A DNA stretch of 64,000 nucleotides from Rhina ancylostomus (lineage: Eukaryota). Position 1 is the stretch's first letter, and each line of letters starts with the position of its first letter. The stretch spans positions 29,345,415 to 29,409,414 of the forward strand of contig JARFYF010000017.1 of assembly GCA_030265395.1 (NCBI GenBank). Direction: 5' to 3'. A model generated the notes under the pieces. That model worked only from the letters and a program-made list of their open reading frames with translations. It was not told the DNA's origin and made no database searches. Made by a program: the position numbers and the translations under genes. Below, piece after piece: positions 1-13,099 of the stretch.

Positions 1-25
1 CAGATGTGTGTTTTATTTTAAATAG

Positions 26-141
26 GTATCTTTCATTCAAAATCTTGTTTTCTGTGTGGAAAGAAGCTACCGTAGACCAGATTACGGTATGTGGGAAAGA
101 GGAAGTAAGTACAACAATGGCAGCACTGAACTGCATTCAAG
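26..141 (+). CDS. PHKB: PHKB internal coding exon (~human exon 7), 116 bp
   Basis: aatag|GTATCT...CATTCAAG|gtaggg. Translates [38 protein letters not shown](S), matching [43 protein letters not shown]. Confidence 0.97.
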
Positions 142-589
142 GTAGGGTCTTACACATGATTGTTATTGCACAGTAATTTGTAATAAATTTGGCATGTTGA
201 CTAAATGCAAAACTAAAATAGGAAATTACTCAGATTCTATTATAATAAACAACTACAACTTTTAAAGCAGCATACATTACGTAATTTTGTTTTCATTGAT
301 AACTTTGATTTTGTTTCTCTTTCTATTGAGAAAATCTAAATTGCATTGTGCATTCTGTTTCTATGGTTTTGGATGGTGAGTTTATCTGAAGTTTAGATGT
401 CTCAAAAATGTGACAAGTGTGGTCCCTTGAGAACAGTACAGGGATCTCAGCTAATTATCTTTAAAATTATTTGTATGAAGGAACAGAGATATGGAATTGC
501 ATATGGCTGTATTATGAAAGACAGCAAGTTGCTTAGATGGGAGTAGGGAGTTACAAAGGGAAAAAAGGTCCAGTAGGTTGACTTTAACC

Positions 590-1620
590 TAAACAATGCT
601 CACTTTGAGTTTTACCAATAACAACTCCAAACTTCTTAGTCTTGGTACAAACATGGACCAAAGAGCTGAATTTCAGAGCCAAGCTGGGCTAACTGCCTTT
701 GATGTCAAAATTGCATTTAACTGAGGATGACATTAGGGAGCATTGGTAAAACTCAGTGGGCATCAATAGGGTCTAGTAGCTGGAGATGGTTGTGCTTTCA
801 GAGATAAGTCATCCCAGCCCCGAGATACTGCTATGGGACTTCCTCAGGGCGGTGCCACTGACCAAATCATCTTCAACTGCTTCATCAATGAATTTCCTTC
901 CACAAGGTCAGAAATGGGGATGTGTTGCTTGAATAAAATGCCCGCTTCCATTCATAAGTTCTCAGAAAATGAAGCAATCCATGCTTTTATAAAGTCAGCT
1001 TCAGAAGTGCCAGCCAATGGCCAGACCCTTGAAAATAGATTCTGATTACCTCCCCTTGGTGATGGTGATACCATTAAATGTTAAGTCTTCTACCTTAAAC
1101 ACTATGGAGGGTTATTCTTCACTAGAGTCTCAACTGTACTCGGCACACAAGTGCTTTGGCTACAAGGGCAGGTCATGAAATGGGGATCTGGTGATGATGG
1201 ACTTCCCAAAGCCTTTCCACTATCTATAGGGTACAAAGCAGAAAGATGAAATATTGTCCACATACCTTTGTGAGTACAGCTATAGCAATGTTCACGAAAC
1301 TCAACATCATCGAGAATAAAGCTGTCTACTTTTTTTGACACCACTTCCCCATGCTAGGGATTCATTTCTTCCACCATCTGTGCATTGTAGCTCAACATGT
1401 ACCACCTACAAGGTGCATCGTGGGTCACTTGAACTACACTGTAGCACCTCCTAAACTCATCAGGAAGGACAGAGGCAGCAGGTACATGAGAACACCACCA
1501 CCGGTTCCCCTTTCAAGTTGCAGACTATTATGACTATCGTGGAGTATGTTGCTATTTCTTCATTACTACTGAGTCCAAATACTGAAACTCCCCATCCAAG
1601 AGGACTGCTGAAGTACATCC
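590..1620 (+). mobile_element. Decayed non-LTR retrotransposon, CR1-group family B (RT region)
   Basis: Contains 'accaaagagctgaatttcagag...tttgatgtcaaaattgcattt' (TKELN..LDIK.AF.. RT motif). Homologous by eye to 15620-16720. Confidence 0.7.
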
Positions 1621-1902
1621 TGATAAAATAAACTTAACAAGTTGCATCCCTAACAAATTTTGTCTAGAAAATGAGATGCAATGTGAAGTGATGTGAAAAT
1701 GTAATAATTAAAGCTCATATGGCAAATGTTACATGACCACTTGGACAACAATATTCTGGAAGTCTACAAATGTAAGTTGCATAGGCAAACAGGGTTAAAA
1801 CAAAAATTGCAGGATGTGAGGAAAATAGGTGAGGCAATTTAACTAACTAGATTATGCTGCAAAGACATGACTCTGAGCTATATGTCCTTTTGGTTTGTAA
1901 TG

Positions 1903-2275
1903 AAGAATGAGAGGGGACCTGACAGAGATATATAGATGATGAGAGGCATTGATCAGGTAGATAGTCAGAGGCTTTTCCACAGGGCTGAGATGGTTGCCAC
2001 AAGAGGACATAGGTTTAAGGTGCTGGGGAGTAGGTATAGAGGAGATGTCAGGGGTAAGTATTTTACTCAAAGTGATGAGTGCATGGAATGGGCTAACAGC
2101 AATGGTGGTGGAAGCAGATACGATAAGGTCTGTTAAGAGACTTCTGGATAGGTACATGGAGCTGAGGAAAATAGAGGGCTATGGGTAAGCCTAGTAATTT
2201 CTAAGGTAGGGCATGTTCGGCACAGCTTTGTGGACCGAAGGGCCTGAATTGTGCTGTAGGTTTTCTATGTTTCTA
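1903..2275 (+). mobile_element. CR1/HER1-type LINE 3' end
   Basis: ORF 1936..2136 MMRGIDQVDSQRLF...TRGHRFKV is the CR1 ORF2 C-terminus. Tail 'gaccgaagggcctg...gtgctgta...ttctatgtttcta'. Confidence 0.9.
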
Positions 2276-2379
2276 GCACTATGCTCCATATTATAGAGTT
2301 CATAAAATTGTATTAATTGTATCCCAACATAGTATTTAGGCACTTAAAATAAATAAGGGTTGAAACTAACAGCAAATTT

Positions 2380-2590
2380 TCTCCATCTATAATGTGATAA
2401 CCACTGCCCAAGTGAGTGGTTGAAGCAGTGTTGCTGACAGCATTTCATTAGTCTCCAAATGAGCCCTTGAATTGCTTAGGCCCAGAGAGGTAAAGCTCAA
2501 GTGCTGGGAGATGGGATTAGTGCAGGTAGTTGCTCACTGGTCGGCGTGGCTGTGATGGGCCAAAAGGCTTGTTTCCACGCTGTGACAATT
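2380..2590 (+). mobile_element. Older CR1 3' fragment
   Basis: 'ccactgcccaagtgagtggttgaagcag...gatgggccaaaaggcttgtttccacgctgtga' resembles the CR1 3' end. Confidence 0.6.
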
Positions 2591-3128
2591 TGCAGTTGCA
2601 TGTTTACTGCTTAACATTTTGCCAGTATAGAAGTCACAAAGCCAAAGTAATAATACTAGATTTTTGAGCTACCTATATGTAGTAGTTATCCATTTGTTAC
2701 TGGATGTTCACAGATATGTGGTAGCTTTTTATATGTAATCCCTTTCCAACATTGTTAATGTTTTTTGATGCATTTCTTTTTGTTGTTCCATAGGACTACT
2801 AGTAATTGTAAATTTTATAGTGTAAATTATTATGTAAATGAATGATGAAGGAAAATCCAGTGGGAATATTTAAATGTGTTATTACTTTACATGTACTAAT
2901 TTATAGCTCAGGGATTTATTAGCATTTCTGTGACTATTTCTGCTCCTCCTCCCACCACCACTTAGCACCACCATTCAGTAATTTGTAATGTGTGTATGTT
3001 TGCAATATCAGCAGAAAAATCTACCAAGTGTCATTCATTAGTAAAATGTTTGTATCTAAGACACTTTTTGTATTGATTCTGTGCTTGTATTGATTTTGAG
3101 ATTTCAAGCATGATTTTTATTTCAATAG

Positions 3129-3192
3129 TTCAGTTGGTATGGCCAAAGCTGCTTTGGAGGCAATCAATGGATTTAATCTCTTTGGAAATCAG
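3129..3192 (+). CDS. PHKB: PHKB internal coding exon (~exon 8), 64 bp
   Basis: caatag|TTCAGTT...AATCAG|gtattt. Translates (S)[21 protein letters not shown]. Phase fits the previous exon (116+64=180). Confidence 0.97.
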
Positions 3193-5837
3193 GTATTTTA
3201 AATTAGATTTGTCAATTTTCAATTTCAGTATCAAAATTAGTAACTATTTGTTATCTATTTACAAATACAAAATAAGAAATTATGCAAGGTCACAACAAAG
3301 TACATAATTTTCAAGAGTCTAGTGTTTATGCAGGATGTCATTTTTAATTTAAGTTGCACAGCAATTAAAACTTAATTTACAAAAGTTAGTAATTGCATTT
3401 TAATTGTTTTACATGATCTTTGGTGAAGAAATTTAATCTTCTATAAATGAATTGCAAAAAGGTTCAAAATATAATTTTGATGCTTTTTCAACACATTAGT
3501 GTAATGTAGTTTTTATCCTTTAATGGTTAAATAATTTTGTGACTATATTTGTAAATCTTGCAAAGAATCTAGTTAAATAGTGGCTAGTTGCAAAGCCAAT
3601 TTAACTTTTGCATAAAATATTTTTGAATAATGTGTATTAATGTTTTAATATTAGAAAAATATATGGTAGAATAGTAGTCTTAAATGTTATTTTTATTTAT
3701 TCTGGTTCTGATGAAATTTAGAAGTATGCTCTAAACTTGTATTACTTTGTTAAAGTGACTGAGGATGACAATTTGTACTGAAACTTCAAACCAGAATTGA
3801 AGGAATTCGCTCCACAGTTGCTCAGTTATTGAAAGCATGAATAACGGGCATCCCTTGGGCATTGAATTTTAAAGACTTCAGAACCACTGAGAATGAAGTA
3901 TAACAGAAGTTGTAATCTTTGGTTGACTTCACTAGAGTGAGAACATGAGACCATTACCAGTGTCAGTGTTCACCAAAATTTCACTTGCACATAATACAGC
4001 ACAAGTTTCTTTTAACAGTTTAATACTAAGGAGCATTATAACTGTATCCAAAGCAAATACCTATGAGCTTATGCATAAAACACCATCTTGAGCAATTTTA
4101 TTAAAATCTTATTTATTACTTAACAGCAAATCCATTTCTAAATTGATCTCCACATAATATTTAATTGAAGCTCATTTAGTTGAGTTACTAAATATAAACC
4201 TATAAAGTAGCCAAGCTGATTTTGCATAAACATCTTGATGTAAATGGATTCAAAACTGTACTTTGATCATCTCAGTAAAGAGATTTACATAATTACAGAG
4301 TTTCTCAGCCTGTGAGGGGAAAAAAAACCCAAAAGGTCATTTCTCAAACTTGTTGCATATCTAGCCCAGGAGAGCATCAGACGATCCCAAAGGCCAATAT
4401 GTCTTTGCTATTGTACTATTTTTTTCAGTGTTTCAGAAAGTTAGAGAACTGCCTACATTTCAACTGTGCATCACAATTTTTGAGCTTATTTTGGAGGACT
4501 GTTGTATTCAGTCTCTTATATTTACTTCAGATAAACATATTTTGAACAGTAAAGAGAGATCCTAAATCAGTGATGGATCTTCAGGGATTGGATGCTTCTG
4601 GATCAATCTAACACAACAGAAAACTGGGGTGAGATTTGAAATGTTTGGCATCAGTGAGACTGAAATGGAATGAACAAAGAAGAATCTCTCACACAGATAA
4701 AATAGCCTATTTTTATAATTTTAAAAAATTGTTTAGATAGAAAATGCCTCTTCCTGAGCATTTTTACTTGTAAAGAATGAAATAACAGTGAACCATTCAA
4801 TGGAATTGTACTTATATAGCATCTTTTCAGTAGATCAACATGCCAAAATGCTTGCAGAGGTTGGAAAGGGAAAATGAAAGGTTAATACGTTCCAAAGAAG
4901 GGGTGAGCAGCCTGTCAGAAAGTGGCCTTTCAAGGAAATGCCTAAAGGAACAGGTGGGAAGTCTGTGTTGGCAGGAGTAGTGGCTAGAGATTGTAAAGAC
5001 TGAACACACAGAACCTATGGTGGGCTGCAGAGAAGGGGCATATTGCAGGAGACCAAGTCAAGGGTACAAAGAAACTTCAAGCTATTTGCAGCATTGCACA
5101 ATTGCTTGCCTTTCTTTAATTCATGGTGAATAATAAGCAATGTTTACATAATCATTCTTTGACCTTTTATAGGTTAAGGATGTAATTCTTGTATACAAAT
5201 TTTTAATATTCAACCCTGGCCATTGGTAGTAGCTGTATTGTCCTGAAAACACTGGACCCACAAGTTCCATCATATACTGAATCCTTCAATTTAAAGTTAT
5301 CTTGTCTTTAACCCATGTTTGTAACTGGGTAAAGTCTGACATATTTTCCCATTTCATCACCTTGTTTCTTAAATGTCCACATTCCAGATTTTAAAGACAC
5401 TTCTTTGCAATGTAACTCACTTTCAGACATTTTCTCGGTAATTTAGTATATCAATCCTAATTTAACCTTTATAATTTTAAACTTGTGCAATGTTGTTCTG
5501 CAACTTTGATCAATCAATATTTATTGGGTTTACTTCGTCAACCTGTTAAATAACATTTAACTCTGAAAGATATCCATTAAGTCATGCCTTCAATGCCGAA
5601 GAGGCTAGGATAATGAATCACTGCTCTGATCCGATCTTTTCCCATTAACACCAGGGATCACCTATGCTCCTTATTTTAATGAGCTGGTAATGATTCTGAG
5701 ATAGTTTAGCTCCTATATCATTATCTAGAAAGTTTCATTTTAAGAAACACCTAAACAGTATCAAATGGAAAATTGTCATTTGAGTCTGTGTGTTAATGTT
5801 TTGATGGTAAGTCACTCTTTGTGGAAGTCCGTACAAA

Positions 5838-5955
5838 TAAGATAAGGTATCTTTATTAGTCACGTGTACATCGAAACACACAGTGAAATGCATCTTTTGC
5901 GTAGAGTGCTTCTGGGAGCAGCTCACAAATGTTGCTGGGCTTCCGGTGCCGACGT
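5838..5955 (-). mobile_element. SINE 3' fragment with Rex1-like tail
   Basis: Reverse complement aligns closely with the copy at 37064-37185 (…cactgtgtgtttcgatgtaca.gtgact.ataaa). Confidence 0.75.
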
Positions 5956-6099
5956 ATGTTAAAGGTGGTATATAAATGCAAGTTATTGTATTCATCTAAA
6001 ATCAGAGTATTTTCAAAATAATGGTGAGAAAGAGACTTGTTTGTGTATTTATATGCATGTGTATTTTCATGAAATGTATATCCTTTTGGCTTTATTTAG

Positions 6100-6195
6100 G
6101 GTTGTTCCTGGTCTGTCATTTTTGTTGATTTTGATGCTCACAATCGGAACAGACAAACCCTTTGTTCACTTCTTCCACGAGAATCTAGGTCCCAT
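6100..6195 (+). CDS. PHKB: PHKB internal coding exon (~exon 9), 96 bp
   Basis: tttag|GGTTGT...TCCCAT|gtaagt. Translates [32 protein letters not shown]. Confidence 0.97.
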
Positions 6196-7040
6196 GTAAG
6201 TATTTCTGAAGATGATGAGCATTTCATAAAGGGAATTAACTGCTTAAATTTTCTGTGTAACTAATTTTATTGTTTTGAAGCATGCATTGATTTGGAGGGC
6301 TGGAAAGGGCAATTTTACGAATTTGCTTTCTGATCTTTTTATATTTAAACATGTATTGGCTGTTGCTAGTACTTGTGGGTCTGCCATTTTCAGCTGGAGT
6401 TAGCAGTTTGGTAAAACAACAGATCCATTCAAAGTTTAAATAGTCTTATGCCGCATGGAAAAAAACCTGTTAATTTCATAACACCAAACTTTTATTGTGC
6501 TTATTGTGTAAAGTTTGCAAAGATTTGCTAATCCTCATTTGCAAAGTTCAACAGTTTTTATATAGAGCTTGCCAACAGCAATATTAATTATATGCAGGTT
6601 TCTCTAAAATCTCTAGGAAAATTCAATTAAGTGCATAAAAACAATTTGATAGCATATTAGTGTTTTGAAGTGAGATCTTGCCGTGAACACTTGAATTATA
6701 CAAGTGTGGCTAACCAATTCAAAGAGCAATAAAGGCTTGAGTTATATATTTTGAGATTGAGGATAATCAAAATCTCAGTTAATTAAATTATAAATTTGGA
6801 TGTTTAAACCCTTCTGTTTAGAATTATTTTCAGTCATATGCTCAATTATTTGAAAATTACTTTTGTTTATGAAGCCTGGAGCCACAGAAGCACAGGTCAC
6901 AAAATGTAATTTGTTTTAGTAATTTTATACAGCACTAGGTCTGTGACAAAAATAAGACGACTTTAGTTCCTGGTTATTTGACCCTTCTTAACATGACCGA
7001 CTCACTGTTTTCTAATGGGAAAAATAAATAAAAACAACAG

Positions 7041-7218
7041 ACTTTATCTATGCAGCATCTTTTCATATCCATTTGTGACCCTTCAAAGCACCTTGCAGCT
7101 TATGAAGTCACTGTTGTGTTATGGGAAATTTGCAAATTGCAAGCTCCCACAAACAGGAAAATGATAATGTCCAGGTAGTCTGTTGTTTTTCTCTTTAAAT
7201 GTTGATCTAGGCATAAAT
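7041..7218 (-). mobile_element. Deu-domain SINE (SacSINE1/AmnSINE-like), 3' part, interrupted by Rex1
   Basis: 'caaagcaccttgcagc...gaagtcactgttg...gcaagctcccacaaacag...gttgatctaggcataaat' matches the recalled DeuSINE reverse consensus and continues at 8989. Confidence 0.65.
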
Positions 7219-8988
7219 GGCAATGAAGCTTCACTCCCCAATAAACTCAACACCTTTTATGCACACTTTGAAAGGGAGAATAACACTACACCTGTGCGAA
7301 TTCCCATAGCTTCTGGCAACCCCGTGATCTATCTCGGGAGGCCGATGTCCGAACATCCTTCGAAAGGGTGAACCCTTGCAAGGTGTTAGGCCCCGACAGT
7401 GTATCTGGCCAGGTACTGAAACCCTGCGCCGACCAACTGGCTAGAGTATTCAAGGACATCTTCAACCTCTCAATGCTGCAATCTGAGGTTCCTACCTGCT
7501 CCTTAAAGGGCAGTAATCATTCCATTGCCCAGGAAGACCAGGGTGAGCTGTCTCAATGACTTTCACCTGGTAGCACTCACATCTACTGTGATAAAGTGGT
7601 TATGGCTAGGAACTCCTGCTTGAGCAAGGACCTGGACCCACTGCAATTCACCTACTGCCACAACAGGTCTACAGCAGATGCAATCTCACTGGCCCTCTAC
7701 TCTGCTTTGGAGCACCTAGACAACTGCAAGACATATGTCAGGCTGTTTATCAATTATAGCATGGTGTTCAACACTGTCATTTCCCTCAGTAATAATAACC
7801 AAGCTTAAAAACCTGAGCCACTACCTCCATCTGCAATTGGATCCTTGACTCCCTTATTGGGAGACCACAGTCAGTGCAGATCGGCAATAGCATTTCCTCC
7901 TTGCTGATGATAAACAGGGGTACACCTCAAGGATACCTGCTTAGCCCACTGCTCTACTCTCTCTACAGTTTTGACTGTGTGGCTAAGCACAGCTCAAACA
8001 CCATCTTTAAATTTGCCAATGACACCACTGTTGTTGGTAGAATCTCAGATGGCGATAAGGAGGCTTACAGGAGTGAGATAGATTGGCTGATTGAGTGGTG
8101 TCACAATAACAACCTTACTCTCAACATCAGCGAGACCAAGGAACTGGCTGTGGACTTCAGGAAGGGGAAGTCGGGAGAACACACGCCAATCCTCATTGAG
8201 GGTCAATGGTGGAAAGGGTGAGGAACTTCAAGTTCCTGGGAGTCAACATCTCAGAGAATCTATCCTGGACCCAACACATTGATGCAATCACGAAGAAGGC
8301 ATGCCAGCAGCTCTACTTCATTAGGAGTTTGAGGAGATTTGGGATGTCACCAAAGGCAGTTACAAATTTCTATAGATGCATGGCGGAGAGCCTTCTGACT
8401 GTTTACATCATACCCTGGCATGGAGGCTCCAATGTACAGGATCGCAAGAGGTTGCAGAGGGTTATAGACTCAGCCAGCTTCCTCATGGGCATAACCATCC
8501 CNNNNNNNNNNNNNNNNNNNNNNNNNNNNNNNNNNNNNNNNNNNNNNNNNNNNNNNNNNNNNNNNNNNNNNNNNNNNNNNNNNNNNNNNNNNNNNNNNNN
8601 NTCAGCCAGCGTCCTCATGGGCATAACCATCCCCACCATCAAGGACATCTTCAAGAGGTGGTACCTCAAGAAGGCAGCATCTATCATTAAGGACTCTCAC
8701 CATCTGGGACATACCCGCTTCTCGTTACTGAGGAGGTACAGGAGCCTGAAGACCCAAGCTCAACGATTCAGGAACAGCTTCTCCTCCACCATCAGATTTC
8801 TGAATGAACACAACCTCATTATTCTTTTTTTCGGACCATCCATCCATTTATTTATTTATTTATTTGCTTGCTTGCTTGTTTGTTTGTTTGTTTATTTATT
8901 TATTTTGTGGTTTATAGATTTTTACGACTGCCGCTGCAAAACAACAAATTTCACATCATATGTTAATGATAATAAATCTGATTCTGAT
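7219..8988 (+). mobile_element. Rex1/Babar LINE, 5'-truncated, RT plus 3' tail
   Basis: ORF fragments [87 protein letters not shown]. Tail aataaatctgattctga. Frameshifted. Confidence 0.92.
8845..8905. repeat. Compound microsatellite (TTTA)n(TTGC)n(TTTG)n(TTTA)n in the Rex1 3' UTR
   Basis: Directly visible tetranucleotide arrays. Confidence 0.85.
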
Positions 8989-9215
8989 ATTTGCAAGGAT
9001 GCGGGAGATAATACCTGAAATAGAATGAATATGTGAGGGCAGCTGATTTATCAACTGATTTATCCTTGGTTTATAATCTCATCCAAAAGACAGAACTTCC
9101 AACAGTGTAGTAATTCCTCAATACTGCACTGGAGCATTGGGTTTTTTAGCTCAAAGAGTGAAGCTTAAACCTGGAATCTTTTGATTCCAAAGCTAGTGTG
9201 CTATCCACTAAGATA
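8989..9215 (-). mobile_element. Deu-domain SINE, 5' part with tRNA-like head
   Basis: 'tctcatccaaaagacagaacttccaacagtgtag...cctcaatactgcactggag...gcttaaacc...gtgctatccactaag' resembles the recalled DeuSINE head and core in reverse. Confidence 0.65.
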
Positions 9216-9557
9216 CATTGTGACTTGGTGCTAGTGGTACATTTAGAAGATAGAGTCTTTCATCTCTGCTCAATCCATATATTTTCCCAAAACAAATTGC
9301 AGTTAGAGTGATATAGCAACACACACTTTTCCCAATTTATTGTTGATTTGTAATGGACTAAGTTATTTTGCCAGTGATTTCATCTATATTTCAATATATA
9401 GAGTAAATTTATAGAACTATAAATATTTGTGACTGAACAAAATATTAATTTATAACCATTACTTAATAAATTATGAGGAAGTTAAATTCAATCAAAACAT
9501 TTTGTTGTAGAGAATCATAGCAAGATGATTAATCACATTCTGTAATATTTTCTCCAG

Positions 9558-9755
9558 AATACAGATGCTGCCCTACTGCCATGTATAAGTTACCCTGCAT
9601 TTGCAGTAGATGATGATGCCTTGTTTGATCAAACTCTTGAGAAAGTTGTTCGCAAACTGAGAGGAAGCTATGGATTGAAACGCTTCTTAAGAGATGGATA
9701 CAGAACTGGATTGGAGGACCATTTGCGGCGTTATTACAAACCAGCCGAAATCAAG
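9558..9755 (+). CDS. PHKB: PHKB internal coding exon (~exon 10), 198 bp
   Basis: ctccag|AATACA...ATCAAG|gtagct. Translates [66 protein letters not shown], which contains the KRFLRDGY motif of the PHKA/PHKB GH15-like domain. Confidence 0.97.
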
Positions 9756-10742
9756 GTAGCTTGGGCAGATTTCCATTTTTCCTAAAATGTTCTGCTAAAT
9801 TTTAATACACTTTGAATTTTGCATGTGAGTATTCTCCTCATTCTTTTACATATTCTTTAAGAATTTGTGGCATAGTGAATAAATTATTAATAGTAATATA
9901 CAGGTAAAAGTGAGCAATCCAGATACTCTATTTCAAATTTCATGAAGCTGAAATATTAAAATTCAGTTTATTTAATAATCTGAATTTTGTATAAAGAATT
10001 TCAGTAATGGTAACTGTGAAATTGCCNNNNNNNNNNNNNNNNNNNNNNNNNNNNNNNNNNNNNNNNNNNNNNNNNNNNNNNNNNNNNNNNNNNNNNNNNN
10101 NNNNNNNNNNNNNNNNNNNNNNNNNNNNNNNNNNNNNNNNNNNNNNNNNNNNNNNNNNNNNNNNNNNNNNNNNNNNNNNNNNNNNNNNNNNNNNNNNNNN
10201 NNNNNNNNNNNNNNNNNNNNNNNNNNNNNNNNNNNNNNNNNNNNNNNNNNNNNNNNNNNNNNNNNNNNNNNNNNNNNNNNNNNNNNNNNNNNNNNNNNNN
10301 NNNNNNNNNNNNNNNNNNNNNNNNNNNNNNNNNNNNNNNNNNNNNNNNNNNNNNNNNNNNNNNNNNNNNNNNNNNNNNNNNNNNNNNNNNNNNNNNNNNN
10401 NNNNNNNNNNNNNNNNNNNNNNNNNNNNNNNNNNNNNNNNNNNNNNNNNNNNNNNNNNNNNNNNNNNNNNNNNNNNNNNNNNNNNNNNNNNNNNNNNNNN
10501 NNNNNNNNNNNNNNNNNNNNNNNNNNNNNNNNNNNNNNNNNNNNNNNNNNNNNNNNNNNNNNNNNNNNNNNNNNNNNNNNNNNNNNNNNNNNNNNNNNNN
10601 NNNNNNNNNNNNNNNNNNNNNNNNNNNNNNNNNNNNNNNNNNNNNNNNNNNNNNNNNNNNNNNNNNNNNNNNNNNNNNNNNNNNNNNNNNNNNNNNNNNN
10701 NNNNNNNNNNNNNNNNNNNNNNNNNNNNNNNNNNNNNNNNNN

Positions 10743-10850
10743 AAAGAGGGGGCGATGTGGGAGGGAAGGGTGAGACAGAGCTGGATAAAATGTCAGCACA
10801 ACATTGTGGGCCGAAGGGCCTGTACAGTGCTGTAGTGTTCTATTTGTTTG
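10743..10850 (+). mobile_element. CR1 3' tail
   Basis: 'cacaacattgtgggccgaagggcctgtacagtgctgtagtgttcta' is the same tail as at 2220-2275. Confidence 0.8.
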
Positions 10851-10859
10851 TTCAATGGT

Positions 10860-12475
10860 AGGAGTGATCACCAAACAGTCCCTGTGGAGACAAATCCAGG
10901 CTATGCCAAGTAAACATTGCATTGTTTCATGTGGCATTGCCATTGTGCTAAATGGTGTTGATTCAGGACAGATTTGACAACTCAAAACTAGAGATCCATG
11001 AAGTGCTCTGGGCCATCAGCAGTAGGAGAAATGTATTACAACACACACTACAGCCTTGTGTCCCAACATATCACTCCTTCTAACGCTATTACGATGTCAG
11101 GGGACTTGGGTGTAGAAGGCCATGCTCGGAAGAGCATTGTGATACCCAAAAATGAGGTCGCTTTCTGTGAATTTGCAGCATAGGACTTCAAGCATCCTAA
11201 AGAGAAAAAGAAACATAATAGATGGAGATAAGCAATCCCAGTGTATTGGATCAAAGCTCTGTAATCACAATGTATCTGATAATGAACAATAATGGATAAT
11301 ATACAGGTAATGAAAGGTAAGAGGGCACCAAGTACATCCTCAGTGTAAACAACAATGGGGCCTACCATGCGATTGCCAAAGACAAAGATGAAACTTTAAT
11401 AACCAATTTCAGCTGGAAGTTCTGAGTGAAAGATCCATCTCTACTTCCTCTTGAAATTTCCAACAACACAAATTCCATTCAATTCACTGTATGTGATGTC
11501 AAGAAGTGCCTNNNNNNNNNNNNNNNNNNNNNNNNNNNNNNNNNNNNNNNNNNNNNNNNNNNNNNNNNNNNNNNNNNNNNNNNNNNNNNNNNNNNNNNNN
11601 NNNNNNNNNNNCACTGTATGTGATGTCAAGAAGTGCCTGAGTGGACCCAATTATAGCACAAGCAACTGGACCAGAAAGTAGCCCAGCTGCCCTACTGAAG
11701 ATTTACACTCCAGAACCATTTACACATCCAGTCAAGCTCTGCCAGTTTGGTTACAACAGTGACAAGTACCCAACAATGTGGAAATTTGTCCAAGTATGCC
11801 CTGTTCATAAAAATCAAGATAAATCAAATCTAGCTCATTACTGTTTTATCAGTTCTTCCATCAATTTGCTGATGATTGTTGTCATCGAGAGTGCTATCAA
11901 GTTTGGATGCCATATCAAGTTTGGATTTACCCTGGACCTCTGCTTTACAACTCACTACAGACTTGGTCCAATCATGGTTATAAAGGTGAGCTGAGAGTGT
12001 GTGTCTTGATATTAAGGCAGCATTTCACGTAATGTGGCATCAAAGGTAAAAACACTTTATCTTGTGCAGAAGATGATGTATGTAGTTGTTGGAAGTTAAT
12101 CTTCACAGCCCTGGTATATTGCTGTGAGGGTTTCACCATCTTAAGCTGTTTCATCAAAGTCCTTCCTCCCATCATAAGGTTAGATGTAGGGATATTTGTT
12201 GATACAAAGTGCTCAATTCCATGCATAACTCCCCAGAAAATGAAGCTGTTTCTGTCTGCATACAGCAAGACCTTAGCAACATTCACCCATGGGCTGATAG
12301 GTTTGCATCACCAAGTGCAGGACAATGATCATCTCCAACAAGAAAGACTGTAACCACCCATCCTTGGCATTACCAAAATTGAGTTCCTCACCATCTGTGT
12401 TCTTGGGGCCACCATTATGGAACTACATTAAAAGCAGGTCTTGCCAACAACACTCATGTCCCCTAAATGAATAAA
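10860..12475 (+). mobile_element. Decayed CR1-group family B LINE
   Basis: ORF pieces IQFTVCDVKK and YPTMWKFVQVCPVHKNQDKSNLAHY. 3' end 'gcaggtcttgccaacaacactcatgtcccctaaatgaataaa'. Confidence 0.8.
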
Positions 12476-12769
12476 GTGTGCTCTGTACTTGAACTATATC
12501 TCACTCGATTTGAAGGTTGTGGAGGTTAACCAGTTAATAGAAGGTATGGTAGCAGAGATTAAATTATTTGCCTAACCTTGAAACTTTTTGTGGAAGGAAA
12601 ATCTCCTGTACATTTGTTATTTTGTTGTATTGCAGCTGAGAACAGGAATGTGCAGATAACTGATATTATGGTTCTATTATGTAGTGTCAATCCTAAACAA
12701 CATTTAGGACCATTGAGTAGTTTCTTTCTCCTCTGCCAGAATTTAAAAGTTTAAAAAAAACAGACATTT

Positions 12770-13065
12770 CTTTTATTTACTGCATTATTATATTCTTAGG
12801 TTACCCTAAAGCACTTCACAGAAAAGAACTTACTTTTGAAATGCACTCATTGTTGTCTTATAAGCAATAAAAAATGATGGAAAGCAGCAAATGAGATTTG
12901 CAAATTCATCTGTTTGTTAATTAAGGGATGACATTTGGCCCAAGACTCTAGAAGTATTGTTGTTGCATTAGAAGTATTCCCTGAGGTGGGATCTTTAGTG
13001 TCCATCTGAACGAGTACACTGACCCTCAAAAAGAAGTACTCTAGTTAAGTGTCAGGCTAGATTTT
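12770..13065 (-). mobile_element. Deu-domain SINE, decayed
   Basis: 'cctaaagcacttcacag...gggatgacatttggcccaagac...gggatctttagtgtccatctga...gtcaggctagatt' is colinear with the 7041-9215 SINE. Confidence 0.55.
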
Positions 13066-13099
13066 GATTCTGATTGTTCGGATAACTACTGAGCATGTT

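Noticed and set aside
26-34. GTATCTTT resembling a U12-type 5' splice site
   Set aside because: It is the first codons (VSF) of a PHKB exon. All eight donors in the window look U2-type.
6078-6087. ATATCCTTTT, a U12 AT-AC donor-like word
   Set aside because: It lies in the polypyrimidine tract just before a normal AG acceptor, with no exon ending there. Probably chance.
8206-9018. 270-aa ORF with a hydrophobic C-terminus resembling a membrane protein
   Set aside because: It is the Rex1 RT C-terminus reading through a gap into a TTTA/TTTG microsatellite.
9972-10985. Long ORFs of 337 aa and 284 aa, and other X-containing ORFs
   Set aside because: They are open only because they run through N-gaps.
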